Notes under the pieces: model-generated
Told to the model about the DNA's origin: nothing
Databases searched by the model: none
Seen by the model: the letters and a program-made list of their open reading frames with translations, nothing else
Shown: piece after piece, positions 50,901 to 64,000 of the stretch
Numbering within the stretch: the stretch's first letter is position 1
Layout: each line of letters starts with the position of its first letter
Position numbers and translations under genes: made by a program
Assembly: GCA_951406725.2 (NCBI GenBank)
Contig: OX597817.1
Location: 66,960,001-67,024,000 of the forward strand
Direction of reading: 5' to 3'
DNA length: 64,000 nt
Source: Octopus vulgaris
Taxonomy: Eukaryota

Positions 50901-53900
50901 AAATTGCCTATACTTCTACAATACACAAAATATTTTAATTATTCTTTTTTTTATATACAATTCCTAATATTTAATTATAAAAATATAATAGGATTTTTGA
51001 AAGATTGAATGGTTAGGAGGGTCCATCTGAGTAAAATAAGAATCAAAGGGGTCCAAAGGTAAAACATACTTGAGAAACAATGACATAGAGCAATCAACAT
51101 AATGGTTTTCTTTTTGGCTTGATTACCAGTGTTTGTCACTTGGAGTGACACCTGGGTAATAACATACACAAAAATACAGCTGTACTGAGGTTAATTCATT
51201 GGTAATTTACATATTTGCTAGGTTGATGATAGAACATTTAGATAGTAATTTTAAAACAAGAGCACTCGGAGAGTGCAAACCTCCACCAAAGCAACACCAA
51301 TGTCTTCTCAACAATTAGCCAGAGATGATTTTAAAATGAGACTATCTGAAATAAATTCAACTGCTCTCACAAACTAGAATACTAAAAATGAATCGGACTG
51401 CTCTCAAAAATTTTGTAAAAAAACAGGGCAAATAATCCAAAATCCTTGTCTAGAACTGGATCGATCCCAAAATCTAATCACTTTGTGCTAGTCATGAGGC
51501 CAAACATCCCTAAAACTTTCATCTGAGATATCTTGTCCACAGACAAACAAACATGACTGAAAACAATATCTCTGCCTTCGCTAAGGCAGAGGTAGTAACA
51601 AGGAAACACAAAAACACTTTAATTTCCTAGATAGTAACATTATGTGATACATAAAATATTGAACAAACATAAAATATAAGCAGCAAGTAAGCTGTAAACA
51701 TACCAACATATCCTTTTGGCTTCCTTTTGTTGACAAACATTCTTCAGTTTTTTCCAGGTCATACTGTATGCATTCATATTTTCGACAAACAGACCTGAAA
51801 GAATTTAAAACAATATTGCAATTTAAAATATTTGCATACACACAAACAGGCACACACACAAATATACAAAATCACAGTTTTTGTGTGTGTATATATATAT
51901 ATAAGATGTACTGATCCATGATAGAAAATTCAACAAAAAAAGTACTCCATCTGGTGAGAGATAAATATTTATTTAAAGGTTGCAATACATGTATTAAAGC
52001 ACTGCTAATAGTTTCATATTCTTCAGGCACAAACCATCATAACAAACTAAAGAAATTGAATAATAAAAGAAATGTGTAAAAACTGAGAAGGCTGCATATA
52101 GAAAACGCAGACTGTAAACAACAAAAAGCAACAAACAGAAACTAAAACGTCAAAAATAAAAAGTAAAAGGTAAAAGCGCTATCCTTCTTAGACCTTAAAT
52201 GATAAGACTGGAAAGATATTAAGTTAGTTAGGAATAGGTGGAATTTTCCAATTCTTAAGAATATATTTATACATATGCATGCAACTATTGAAAATTTCTG
52301 ACCTGAAGTTCAACAGAGAGTTAGGCATCTTAGATCTGAACAGGATTTGCTCTCTTTCAGCCAAACAAAGTCTATGTTTATTCGATCCATTCACATTGAA
52401 CTTAATAGTAAGCTTTTCTTTTTGTAACCAGTGAATATGCAAAGATTGTATCATACATAAATGGATATACAATGTGGTGATGCATACTAGTGGATAAACG
52501 ACAATTTGTCAATCACATTATCAGATGTATAGACTACAATTGTGAAGGTCCATGGTTCAGTGCTTAGAGTGTTGGGCTCATAATCATGAGTTTGATTTGT
52601 GGATCATCCAGTGTGTTGCATTCTTTAGCAGGACACTTCATTTCACTTTGCTCCAGTTCACTCAGCAGTAGAAATGAGTTGTGATGGCACTGCTGCCAAG
52701 CTGTGTTGGCTTTTGCTTTTCTCTTGGATAGCATCTGTGACATAGAGAGGGGAGGCTGGTATGCATGGGCGACTGCTGGTTTTCCATAAACAACCTTGCC
52801 CAAACTTGTGCCTCAGAGAACTTTCTAGGTGTAATCCCATGATCATTCATGACCGAAGGTGGTCTTTACCCTTTTTATTACAATTAAGAAGTATAACATC
52901 AGATATATCACAATTAGAATGCATACTAATGACACTTAATTACCTAAACTCAGAGCAGAAGCAAATAGAATAACAGAAATAGTAAATGTCTTTTCTTGCT
53001 TTCAAATCAAGTTTTTTTCTTGGAGAACTTACCTTAAAGAATCAGCAAATGCCAAGTACTCTTTGAGTTGGTCTGCATATTGTTCTTCCTCCTCCAAGAT
53101 TGCATCAACAGAATTAGCAAAACTAAATGAGAGAGTAAGAGAGAAAAGCAAAATGAATAATTGTTATTTTTAATAAATGTCGAGGATTCTAGATTATTTC
53201 TTTGCTAATTTATAGATTATTGTGGGAGTGTTTATGATTTTTCAATGTATATAATGTGGGATGTAATGGTGTAATCAGGTAAATGTGATGGAGGTGGGGA
53301 GTAAGAAAGCTGTGGCTGTTTAGTCCTCAGATCAAATCTAAACAAACCTATATCAAAAGCATTTTTACCTTGACCATCCCATCTTTTTAGGAGTACATAG
53401 GACTACATTAACTAATGTGTCCAGTCTTTATTCCAACTGTAGGGAGATTTGGTTGCTATTTCTAACTGCTATAGTATGAGAAACCATTAATAAAGAATTT
53501 ACAGCTTACATGTGGGTATTTCAATTTGTTTCATTGTATCCACACATACACACGCACACATGCACACACACACATACATTTCACTTTAATGGCTAAGTCA
53601 GGGGAGGAATGGCAATGCCCTATGATATTTTGCAGAGTTTCTGAAACTGGTGGGAATAGAGAGGACTTTGCTAAGACCATCTAAGGGTTGCATGGTAATG
53701 TTAAATTGGGTAATAGATTAAACCAGCATACACAAATATATTCAGAAGCACACAAAGTACTTATTATAGTACGAGCTAACTATGTGGTCACTTGACCTGC
53801 TAGAAATAATTTTAAACCTCCTTTACATCATTAAACTGCTTTAAAACAGAGAAGGACACATTGGACAATGTAATTCTAGATATACAAAACTATAGGATGT

Positions 53901-56900
53901 TCACATCTGGAACACCTTTAACTATATCGTTCATATTAATCAGGGATGAGTTAAGCTAAACATTAATACTTCCCTATAATATTACATATTTACTTTAGTT
54001 AATGGTAAACATTGCAAAAGATTCATAAAATTATAAAATTTAGGCTATGTTTGATATTTGCAAAATTATGTAATGCACAGGCAATAGGTTTCACTCTTTG
54101 ATTGTGTCCTGAAATACTATCAAACAAATTTCTTCATATCCTGAGACTGTATTTTTCATGTCCATAATGTACCTCAGAATACAGGCGCTCATGTAGCCAA
54201 TAAATATCTAGAGAGTATATTTCATACCTTTATATAGAATTTAGATACTAGCAAATCACACATGAACAAATGTCAAGCAATAGTAACTTACACATCCATA
54301 TAATGTCCAGATCCCTTCAAGCCTTCACTCATCTCTTTCTCTAAAGAACTCCATTCAGCGTAGACTCTGGCATAATTAGCATGAATTTTGTGAATACCAT
54401 AAAGCCGGTCGGCAAGTTTCTGAATTAAAAAAAAAATAACAATTAAAACAAGATATTATTAGGTTAGTGTTTTCACTTTTGTGGAAACCATTATCTTTTA
54501 ATATGGAATTATTGTAGAATTTAGTTAACACAGGTTCTATATTCAAAATTCAAAGACACTGGCATAAATAGCATGAATTTTGTGGATGTTCTAAGACTGG
54601 TTGGCAAGTTTCTGGATTAAATAAATTTTTTAAAAATCAAACAAAAACAATGATTGAATTGGTGTTTTTAATTTTGTAGAAATTATTATTGACATTCAAT
54701 TATTGTGAAAGTTAGTTAACATAGGTTCTACATTCAAGATTTAAAGCTGATAGCTGTCATTTTACATTTGTAACATAAGTATGTTGTGATATTTAAGAAC
54801 CACAACAACTCTCTATATAAGGCTTATGTCACTGTTTCACAAAACTGTTCTTTCAATGTGAATATTTTAGTTTTTCTTTTTTTCATTTCCTCCCACTCTG
54901 TCTCACTTCCCATCAGATATCTTTCTTGATCTTTTCTCCCCAGTTCAACATTTTTCTGAATCTGACCAGAGAATCTCATCCTGTGGTCTATAAATGCCTT
55001 AAAAACCTATGGGTATTGCTTTTCATTTTCAGATTAACTAAAGAATCTGAAGAATGGAGGTGCATGGTTTAGTGGTAAGGTGTTACACTCATGATCACAA
55101 GGTCACAGTCTCGATTCCCAGCCTGGCTGTCCATTGTGTTCTTGAGCAAAACACTTCATTTCATGTTACTCCAGTCCTCTAAGCTGTAAATAAGTAACTT
55201 TGTGATGGATTGGCATACGAGGGCAAGATGGTGACTCAGGAGAAACTAACCCAAATGGAGGCCTTGCAAGCCATGTTTTGTATTCAGCAATTAAAAGGAT
55301 CAATAAGTACAACACATACTGTGAATCCCAATTGGTTGGGATTGGTTGTCCAACTATGTTGAAGGTTGATTGAACAAATAAAATACAATAGAACTCAGAT
55401 GTGCATATTATCATCAAAATAATCACAATAATCTGCTTGGCTGTAAAGTTAAACAGATGAACTATTGACCACCATAAGGCAACAAGTTTAAAATCTTGCT
55501 AATAGTTATCATTTTTTTCCCTAGCTGCTCATAATTCAAAGATGAGTGATTATTTGCAATAGGAAGGATATTTAAATGTACAAGTATTTGTTGCAGATAA
55601 ACACAGATGTCTAAATAGGAAAAAAAAAAATCCCATCTAATTCATGATATTATGTTGGGAAAATGGATGTAAAACTGCTATTGAGGTAAAAATTGTTTTC
55701 AAGATATAATTTTTTTTTCACGCCAAAAATAACGACAAACCTGAAAAGCATATTATAACACTTACTGCTCTGATTTTCAGTATTGTTGAAATAATGGATT
55801 GAAGTTCGTTACTGTAGTTTTTAAGCTCTTCAAATTGTCTGTAAACAAAATAAAAGAAAAACCAATAAACTTTCTGAACTGTCTCAACTGTACAAAGATC
55901 AATTTTTGTTAGGAAAAAAGATAAAATCAATTGTAACTAGAATGGTATTATTTTTCTTAATTTCTTTAAGATATAAACAGCAAAGTTGAGTGCAGCACAA
56001 CTTTAAATGAGGATGTAGAGAGAGAAAATAATATTACTAGAAAGGTGCTGGCATGACTGTGTGATAAGAACTTTGATTTGCAACTGCATGGAGTTGGTTT
56101 CAATCCCAGCGCCAAGCACTTTGGGTATTTGTCTTTGACTAATGTTTGAAGTTGACTAATATTCTGTGAGTAAAATTTTCTAGATGATCAGGTGTAATTT
56201 GAGGGAGATACAGTAAGCTGAACAACCACATAGAAGCTCCTTCATAAGCTCTTATTTACAAGACAACTTACCGGTCTGGTCTTTTAAGTCGAAAGGCAGC
56301 ACTAAGACTTTTAATTCTAGATTCAGCCTGAAAATATAACAGAAGTGAAGGATTAATATCTAAATGCATCTACAATGATGCATATAAATGTACGAGAACT
56401 GTACTAACAAAGCATTTAAAACTTGATATCTGCAATGACATACATAAATATATGAAAAAAACAGTACTGTCAAAGCATTTAATATAACTGGTATCTATAA
56501 TGTGTACAAGTCTGAGAAAACTACTGCCAAAACATTTAAATTGCTTTAGTGGCTCTGTACTGAAGGGATTCAACCAAGCTGAAATGGGAGCTATATAAGA
56601 ATATTAAAGACTTTATGGACAAAAAAAGTTGAATTAAATAAATGCATGAAGGTGATATGATATATTTAATTCCTTCAAATACAGATTCACTACACTAACA
56701 AAGGAATATCAAATACTATTGGCTTCTGGCAAAATGATTCACTTTCTTACAATAGAAATAAACAACCTATAAATCAGTCATTTAATACACTGATACCCAA
56801 GAATTCTGTGAAGAGCAGAGCTAACAGAATCAACTAAACATCTCTACATACATACACTAATAAGAATGGTCATATGGGATGGTGATGGTTAGATCAGTAA

Positions 56901-59900
56901 TCCTTGTAAATTGTTGTTGTTTAACCTCAGGTCAGTTTTGATTAAGAAGATCTATGACCATAAGCATACCAGCCTTGGCCATTCTGTCTATTTTTGTTCA
57001 GACATAGTATATCGAGAACTACATCATCTTCATTTAAGACAAAATGATCTGTAATATCTAGTAGGTCGAGCAAGCACATAAAATATTTCTCATTGGTTCA
57101 TACAGGATTGTTAAAGCAGAAGGCTCTGTTTTCATGTCATAATTCAACAATAGGTTCAGGAATCAAAACCACAATCTTATGATCATGCATCCAACACCCT
57201 AACCACTAAGCCATGTGCTTCCATATGTAATGCTTGTAGTTATGTTTAGATGATTCTTTTGTCTCTGCTTTTTCACAGAATTCTTCGGAGTCAGTATATT
57301 AAACTATTGGTCAATTGGTTGTTTATTTCTGTTGTAAGGAAGAGAATCATTTTGCCAGAAGTCAATAATTGAATAATTCATCCTCTCTTTCTCCAAATTC
57401 AATGTGAGTCAAGTGTCATAGACACAGACAAAATATAGTGACAATGAGGACATGGACTGGCGACCACTTTGCTGTTTGCTTCAAACACAGAAACACAATA
57501 CCATTTGATTGTTTAAATTGTCATAGAAAAAAAAACGTAGACTGCTGCTCAATCCACAACTCTGTTAGAAGTATGTAAATCTTGTTATAGTTAAGTGTCT
57601 AAACTGGATTGTATGTTCATGCATAAAGGTTTTGTGTAGTAGATGTACTCATCAGTGAGTCTGAAACTATGTGGACATAGTTAGTCTCCACCATACAAAA
57701 CCCTCAGATGAGGAAATAATCTGGTTTATTAATACATACATGTGTGTGTGTGTGTGTGCATGTGTGTAGTACAGTTTTGTATTTATATATGAGGGGCAAG
57801 TTTGGCTATATGAAGCTCATTTCTACTATGTAGTTTTCGGCTCAGTCTCATTGCATGGCACCTTAGATAAGTATCTTCTGCAACAGTGCCAGGCTGACCA
57901 AAGCCTTGCGAATAGATTCTGTCTCACTCAAGTAAGTATGGAAAAGTGAATGCCAAAATGATGATCATAAGTGTTAAGTTACTTTGAGTGCCACTGATAA
58001 TATGTAACACAGTACAACTTGGTACACAGTCAGGTTCTCGTCAACTAAATTGGCACCAGGTGAGGAGCACTACTGAAAACTCAGCAGGGCAAAATCAAAA
58101 TCTGTCCTAAGGATGGATGAACCCAGTGCAGAGACTAAATAACTAGTAATAATGTGGGTTATATAGAACTACCTGAGATAGTGAACAAGTGCACTGTAAG
58201 AACACCTTAGGAGTTATAGATCCCCACATTTTGTCAGAACATCTGTCTAGGAGGAGGGTAGTTAGGGTTCCTTAGTCATAGTATGGGTGACTTGTCTGCA
58301 TCAGTCTGCTGTTTTGCAAGTAAATCCAAGAAGACAAAAGATCGAAAGAGTACACTGAAAGAAAAACAAGCTATGGTAATCAACTTTTAGGTGGTTTCCA
58401 ATATACTGGATTTCAAGTAGCCACCTACAACTGAGATGAAGTATTAGATGTGCTGGGCCATGCTTGTCACTGGACCTATCACCTTCATAGTGAAGATTAA
58501 TGACATTGGGAAATGTACCTACCAATGTCATTATAAGGCTGCTTCTGCAATATCTAACATCTTTCCCTCTTTTTCCAGCTCCACCCCAAGTACTCTCACC
58601 CACTCTTATATAATGCAAGGAGACATGTATCTCCTCTACAGGAAACCTGTTCTGGCCCCTTCTTTCATAACTTAAAACCTCTTATCACTTAACATAAAGC
58701 TGTCTCCCTCTCTCAGGTAATAACACTCAGTGAAAAGAGATCTTAGTCTTGTGAGCTACATAGTGGTCTCACTACACTGGTGCCATGAAAAAAAGCCTCC
58801 AGAATACTTTGTAAAGCGGTTGGCATTAGGTGAGGTATCAAGTCATAGACATCATGTCAAAACAGACATTAGAGTACAATTTAGTCCTCAGACCCATCAG
58901 ATCCTATCAAACTGGCTAACCTATGCCAGCATAGAAGATAGATGATAAAAAGAATAAGGATTTACCTTTTTCTTATGATAAGACATACAGATATATATTT
59001 TTATTTTTATGTATCACTTTACAAAAAGTAATGGTGTTATGTAATACCTGGACATGACTTGGTATTTGACAAATCAACAGCAAAAATTACATAATTAGAA
59101 ATATTATGTTAAAGAATTTATTTTCACCTTGCTTTGAAACTCAGTAGCATAAGCTAGTTCCTTCCATCCAGAATCCTGAAAGGAAGAGAATAAGAAAAAA
59201 TATAATAACAAAGCTATGAAATGTTCAGTGATCTGAGATATGAATAATGATATATAAATAAAGAAAAATTGTTTATTTGTTTATAAAAAAAATCCTTCTC
59301 CATAACAAATTTTAAAAAAGAATTTAAATATTTTACCTGTCGAAGAAAGCTAACAAACACTTTGTCAGCACAGAGAGTTGGATGCGATGAACAACGTAGT
59401 AGAAAAATCTGAAATAGTAGATATAACACAGAATTATGCTAATCTAGAAATGCATTATCAAAGTAGTTATTGTATAAATGTAGCTGAAAATTACATTGGA
59501 AGTTGTCCTTTTAAATTTCCATAGTCTTTCAGGTATGTAGATCGAAATGGCTGGGTAAGTTGAATGTGATTAATGCTTAATTTAAACTTCCCCAGCTTAG
59601 TGATTAATGCAAAACAAAGTTGTGTGTGAGTGTGTAACAGAGAGAGAAACAGTTTAAAGGAGAGAGTTTGAAATTATTGATGAATGAAGTTTGTCTACCA
59701 AAAGCTTTGTCTTTTGGGGTGTTTAGTTTAGAATGACATTGGTGGGTGTACTGTCTCAAATACATGAAGAGTACCCCAGTGTGGAATATAGTTGAATCTT
59801 GTTTAATAAATAGTAACTGCTGAATAGGAAACACTGCTTTGTTGAGACAATTTTTGGAGATATGTGTGTAATTGTTGTGGGTGGTCAGCAGCAATCATGA

Positions 59901-61787
59901 GGCCTTGTATTTGTAGGCAACATGATGGATTATTTTGCTATAAAATATAGCAAACACTGATTTATTATTCTTTCCTCAAATCAATAATCTAAACTAGTAA
60001 AAATTGACATTGTTAGCTCCAAATGGGAAAGTTAAAATGGAACCAATTATTTTGAGAGAAAGGATATAAATCCACCAACCTCTAGAGCTGCTCTTCTCCT
60101 TTCAATAAATTCCAAGTTGAATTTATCAGATGGTGCATTCTGCCAGAGAAATGTTGCCTAAAAAAGAAGGTGAAGTAATATTCAATATTTAACAGGTGTC
60201 AATGACAGAAATATTAGGTTGAATCAACAAAGATAACACTTAGTATGCCATTTTGAAGTAATTTCTTTAATACTCCTGGTATTGTATTACTACTTACCTG
60301 TTCACATATATTTTAGTTTTAAGTAAATTCTTAAAGATAAGTTTTTTTCATAAGAGTATATTGCAGAAAAGTTTTTTTTCTTCCTTTTTTTGGTAAAGTA
60401 CATGTAAAACATAAACACTTGTAATGTGTCACTGTCAACAAGTGTCTTAAGTTCATCATCACTGCTCTGGATAATTCCCAGACTTGCTAGAAACAACAAT
60501 AGAATCTTTGTTAAATCACACTTCACCAGCTTAAAAAAAAAAAAAGAAAGTTCACATTGGATAATGTAGTCCAGGAAACGTGTTGGAATGCTCAGTTTGA
60601 AACATCTTTGGTCCCAGGTCTGTATAATCAGAGCCGAATAAGGCTAAACATCACCATCATGTTTATGATGAATTCATATTGAAGAATTTACCATGAGAAA
60701 CAATATCTGAGCTACAAACCTTTTTTTCTGGTAAAGGTGGGACTACAACTTGTGGGTAAATTGCTTCTAGATAATTCCTGATCAATTCAAATTCACTGTA
60801 ACGCCTCCACACTGAAGTTGCCCCATCACCAAAACCTTTCATTTCAGGGTCAGTAACTCTGCAAAGTTCAAGAGAATATCAATTAATTTCATTAGCAAAA
60901 AAGTTTGTATATGTGCTGCAATGAGAGTACAAGGATCTCAGGTGCTCCTGATTGGAAGACAGTGCATAAGGAATAGCTGAGACATCATAAGGGAGAAGTG
61001 TGTTTGGAATGATAGACACACCTGACTTTACTGAAACTAAAAAGGAAGATGGAGAAAAGCTACTCCAGTAGATTGTTGAATGACAAGAATGCATGAAAGA
61101 GATGACCTACTCTAAACAGAACAAAGAGGGACTAGCCATTGAAGTTGTGAACCATTTGGTCAAAAGTATGAATGAGGATATGAAAGCAAGGAAGACAGTT
61201 GGGTCATTAGGAATATTTGCTGAGATTCTTAAAATATATGGCAAAGCTGGTCATACTTTAATCACAAGCGGTTAATTAAAAACACATCATACCCAATAAC
61301 TGGTGAAGTAGCATCATTATCAACTGCTACAATGGTGAAGAAGATGCTAGAGAGAGGGGGGATAAAAGTGGCTGTGTGGTAAGTAGCTTGCTAACCAGCC
61401 ACATGGTTCCGGGTTCAGTCCCACTGTGTGGCACCTTGGGCAAGTGTCTTCTGCTATAGCCCCGGGCCGACCAATGCCTTGTGAGTGGATTTGGTAGACG
61501 GAAACTGAAAGAAGCCTGTCGTATATATGTATGTATATATATATATATATGTATGTGTGTGTCTGTGTTTGTGTGTCTGTGTTTGTCCCCCTAGCATTGC
61601 TTGACAACCGATGCTGGTGTGTTTACGTCCCCGTCACTTAGCGGTTCAGCAAAAGAGACCGATAGAATAAGTACTGGGCTTACAAAGAATAAGTCCCGGG
61701 GTCGATTTGCTCGACTAAAGGCGGTGCTCCAGCATGGCCACAGTCAAATGACTGAAACATGTAAAGGAGTAAAAGAGTAAAGAGAGA

Positions 61788-61839
<52 letters not shown>

Positions 61840-63736
61840 TTGATTGACCAGATGATGAAAATTACTGAAAGAATTAGAGCCCAGCTGAGTAGGAAGAGAA
61901 TTAACCCAGAAGAGATGTACTTCAGATTTATGGCAGGACAGGATATCATTGAGGTTCTTTTCCTACTGAAGCAACTGCAGAAAAAGTTAACAAGTAAACC
62001 ATTCTACCTAGCTTTTGTCTACTAGGAAAAGTAGTTTTTACAGGGTTTCATGATCTACAGTCTAGTGATCATGAAGAAAACTAAGGATAAATAAATGGCT
62101 TGTTTTAGCTATGCAAACCATGTACAGAAGTGCTGTCAGCAAGGTGACTGTTAACATTGAACTCATCAAGAAATTTAGAAAGCAGATTTATTTACATCAG
62201 GGCTCAGTCCTCCTCCCTTTTTGTTTGTTATGGTTCTCCAGACCAAAACAGAAGGTTAAGACTAGTTGTCAATGGGAACTTGGTGATCTAGTTCTTATAG
62301 GTAAACTGCTCAAACTTGGAAACCATACCCAGAAATGAGAAGCCCCAAAGTAAACATAAAGAAGACGAATCCTAGTTAGTAGGAGAGGAGGCAGGGCTGT
62401 ACTGCTAGCAGAAAAATGGACATATTTGATATGCAGAAATGAAGTAGATAGGAATTGTTTCATATGGTGTTCCCTCTGTAAATTGTGGATGCACAAATGG
62501 TGTAGTGAAATCACAGGCAGTTGACAAGGAAGGGACACTAATATGTGGCAGATATCTGGAAGTAATTCGTAGCTAAAGAACACATGAAAGGAATTCCTTC
62601 AAATGTTTGGAAGGCTCTCTACAAGTAGTTGATAGCATTTGTTATCTGGGTGATTTAATTAGCACCAAAGGTGCTGGTTTCAAAGGCACCAACTTTATTG
62701 CTAACCATCACATTCTCTCTCACATTACTCCTGATATTAATCATACACACTCTTGCCATCACCCATTTCCATTGCTATTCATCACTCTCTCAACTTATTC
62801 CCTCTTCAATTGCTGAATCTCCAGTACTCATGCTTCCATCATGCTGACTTCCTCTTCCTTCAATCATGCTTTTTCTATTCAATCTTGTTACCAACAACCA
62901 TTATGTAGCAATTTATCTTATTCTCTCTCTCTTCCATTATTATCAAGTCAATTACACTCTCCTCTATCACTGGCTCTCCTCCATCACTCTTCTCATACAA
63001 AGACCTGTCCAACTCATACTATGATGGAAAAACAAACATAAAATGATGATCATGAGTCTTATAGTTAATCTGAAAAAGGTTAGGTTAAGATCATTTAAGT
63101 GAAAGTTCCACACTAACTTCACAAAGTGTAAAAAAAAAAAAAAAGAAGAAAACTGAAAAAAAAAAAAAAGAAAACGATTCTTACAAAATAATTAAGCCAC
63201 ATTTTTATCCTACCACACCAGCACTATTATGAACAATTATATATAGATTTTGTATTATAATAACATATATAATGACCATTGCTTAAGTATTGAGTGTTGC
63301 AGTTCAAGTGGTAAGCTTGAGTTCAATGCCCACTGGTTTCAGTGAAACATTTAAATGGTATCACATGTATTAAAATGACTAATACTAGAGGATACTGGAC
63401 ATAGACAATGAAATGAGAACAATCTACCTGAGTGGTTTGTATAAAGGGTTCAATCTGAAATACTGAGAAGAGTAACAAGGCAGATACCTGAAGAAGATCA
63501 AAGGGTAGAATAGCCAAAACATGACAATAACAAACCGAGATGAGGATATTAGTTTAAAGAAATCTGTGTATAATAATAGGTAGTGTTAGCTAAAAAAGAA
63601 AAGAGAAAGAAAAAAAACTAATAATTTACCTTGTTTCAACAAGGTACACAATATATGTATCTTGCATTTTCATGGATGGTATGGTCCTTTTTTCTGGCTC
63701 TGATACAGTGATTTCCATCCATTGTAGCAAATGAGT
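47914..63736 (-). CDS. SNX4: Sorting nexin-4 (PX-BAR); 13 coding exons in the window, first exon outside
   Basis: join(63630-63736, 60720-60858, 60080-60157, 59337-59408, 59128-59175, 56272-56327, 55766-55838, 54292-54419, 53033-53122, 51704-51794, 49358-49515, 48051-48165, 47914-47961). All junctions are GT-AG with consistent phases, 1203 nt in total. PX motifs WRRYSEFE, PPLPEK and FIERRR; SNX4-like ADRLYGIHKIHANY, EEQYADQLKEY, KLFGGDTPEQR and C-terminus GIAIWTSAKDCYAKM*. Confidence 0.96.
48051..48165 (-). CDS. SNX4: SNX4 exon VFMEQALKDIDRFERQK...KQSKK
   Basis: AG/GT boundaries, 115 nt. Confidence 0.93.
48195..48438. mobile_element. piggyBac-like MITE in an SNX4 intron
   Basis: TTAA-CCCATT...AATGGG-TTAA. 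Confidence 0.65.
48929..49260 (+). mobile_element. SINE family C (tRNA head)
   Basis: A-box TAGCTCAGTGG and B-box GAGTTCAATTCC; paralogues at 52546-52875, 55058-55200 and 27075-27290. Confidence 0.85.
49358..49515 (-). CDS. SNX4: SNX4 exon NQGKQQGGFTLSNVKTKLFGGDTPEQR...
   Basis: AG/GT boundaries, 158 nt. Confidence 0.93.
49625..49833. mobile_element. Palindromic MITE-like element with ~70-bp inverted arms
   Basis: TGGCAA...GAAATTAAC / GTTAATTTC...TTGCCA. Confidence 0.7.
50847..51082. mobile_element. hAT/Charlie-like MITE
   Basis: CAGTGGTTCTCAA...TTGAGAAACAATG; 8-bp TSD acctagag/acatagag. Confidence 0.75.
51254..51598 (+). mobile_element. Helentron/HINE-like non-autonomous element
   Basis: Starts AACAAGAGCACTC (also at 21585-21635); 3' stem-loop TCTCTGCCTT-CGCT-AAGGCAGAGG preceded by (ACAA)n. 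Confidence 0.5.
51704..51794 (-). CDS. SNX4: SNX4 exon SVCRKYECIQYDLEK...
   Basis: AG/GT boundaries, 91 nt. Confidence 0.93.
52546..52875 (+). mobile_element. SINE family C
   Basis: Matches 48929-49260. Confidence 0.85.
53033..53122 (-). CDS. SNX4: SNX4 exon FANSVDAILEEEEQYADQLKEYLAFADSL
   Basis: AG/GT boundaries, 90 nt. Confidence 0.94.
54292..54419 (-). CDS. SNX4: SNX4 exon KLADRLYGIHKIHANY...GHYMD
   Basis: AG/GT boundaries, 128 nt. Confidence 0.94.
55766..55838 (-). CDS. SNX4: SNX4 exon QFEELKNYSNELQSIISTILKIRA
   Basis: AG/GT boundaries, 73 nt. Confidence 0.94.
56272..56327 (-). CDS. SNX4: SNX4 exon AESRIKSLSAAFRLKRPD
   Basis: AG/GT boundaries, 56 nt. Confidence 0.93.
59128..59175 (-). 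CDS. SNX4: SNX4 exon DSGWKELAYATEFQSK
   Basis: AG/GT boundaries, 48 nt. Confidence 0.92.
59337..59408 (-). CDS. SNX4: SNX4 exon IFLLRCSSHPTLCADKVFVSFLRQ
   Basis: AG/GT boundaries, 72 nt. Confidence 0.93.
60080..60157 (-). CDS. SNX4: SNX4 exon ATFLWQNAPSDKFNLEFIERRRAALE
   Basis: AG/GT boundaries, 78 nt. Confidence 0.93.
60720..60858 (-). CDS. SNX4: SNX4 exon ...SVWRRYSEFELIRNYLEAIYPQVVVPPLPEKK
   Basis: AG/GT boundaries, 139 nt; PX core. Confidence 0.95.
60900..62680 (+). mobile_element. Heavily decayed RTE-clade LINE RT fragment in an SNX4 intron
   Basis: Remnants AEILK, FRFMAGQ, PFYLAFV, LHQGSVL and LQVVDSICYLGDLIS. Confidence 0.7.
61367..61788 (+). mobile_element. SINE family A nested in the RTE fragment
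   Basis: Close match to 38455-38858. Confidence 0.9.
63630..63736 (-). CDS. SNX4: SNX4 exon THLLQWMEITVSEPEKR...YIVYLVET
   Basis: AG/GT boundaries, 107 nt; PX N-terminal strands. Confidence 0.93.
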
Positions 63737-64000
63737 CTGAAAGAGAACAAACAGATCAAGACATAAATAAGGGTGAAACAGCAGAATCAAAAGAATCTAG
63801 TGATAGTTGTATTGGATTACTGATTTGGTATCCTGATATGTATATAGAACTCACAAAGAAAGCTGGTAGCCATAAAAGGATTTTACTGTTACAGTACTAG
63901 GAAAGTGAGCTGTGTAACTTACAGTTACAAACATTTAACATATGTCCTAAAAGAGTGAAACACAACACTTGGCGGCAAGGATGACAACCAGAATACATTC

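Noticed and set aside
58301-58675. ORFs in the SNX4 intron
   Set aside because: Probably a decayed LINE remnant; no intact domain.

Overview
This is AT-rich, repeat-dense animal genomic DNA. The (TA)n/(TACA)n tracts and tRNA-derived SINE families suggest an octopus/coleoid cephalopod, which is inference only. One conserved gene is clear: sorting nexin 4 (SNX4, PX-BAR) on the minus strand. It has 13 GT-AG coding exons in the window (47914-63736; 400 aa plus stop), its first exon lies beyond the right edge, and it probably has a ~3.3 kb 3'UTR. The left 43 kb is mostly decayed transposons: a Tc1/mariner element, an L1/Tx1-type LINE with a 17-bp TSD, an ORF1-only LINE derivative, a Ty3/Gypsy LTR element with a tRNA-Trp PBS, several Penelope-like (RT / GIY-YIG) fragments, RTE fragments, MITEs and at least three SINE families. 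Most ORFs in the supplied track are microsatellite or TE artefacts. Four signals stand out. (1) A plus-strand run of symmetric phase-1 micro-exons (36-54 nt) that the ORF track misses, including a duplicated exon that has diverged more than its flanking introns. (2) A 419-bp TSD-flanked fold-back element joining a tRNA-derived Pol III head to a Penelope-type minimal hammerhead ribozyme. (3) At least six further hammerhead-like motifs. (4) A multimer-forming SINE whose 3' tail matches the tails of the local Tx1-type elements. All alignments were done by eye; no searches were run.
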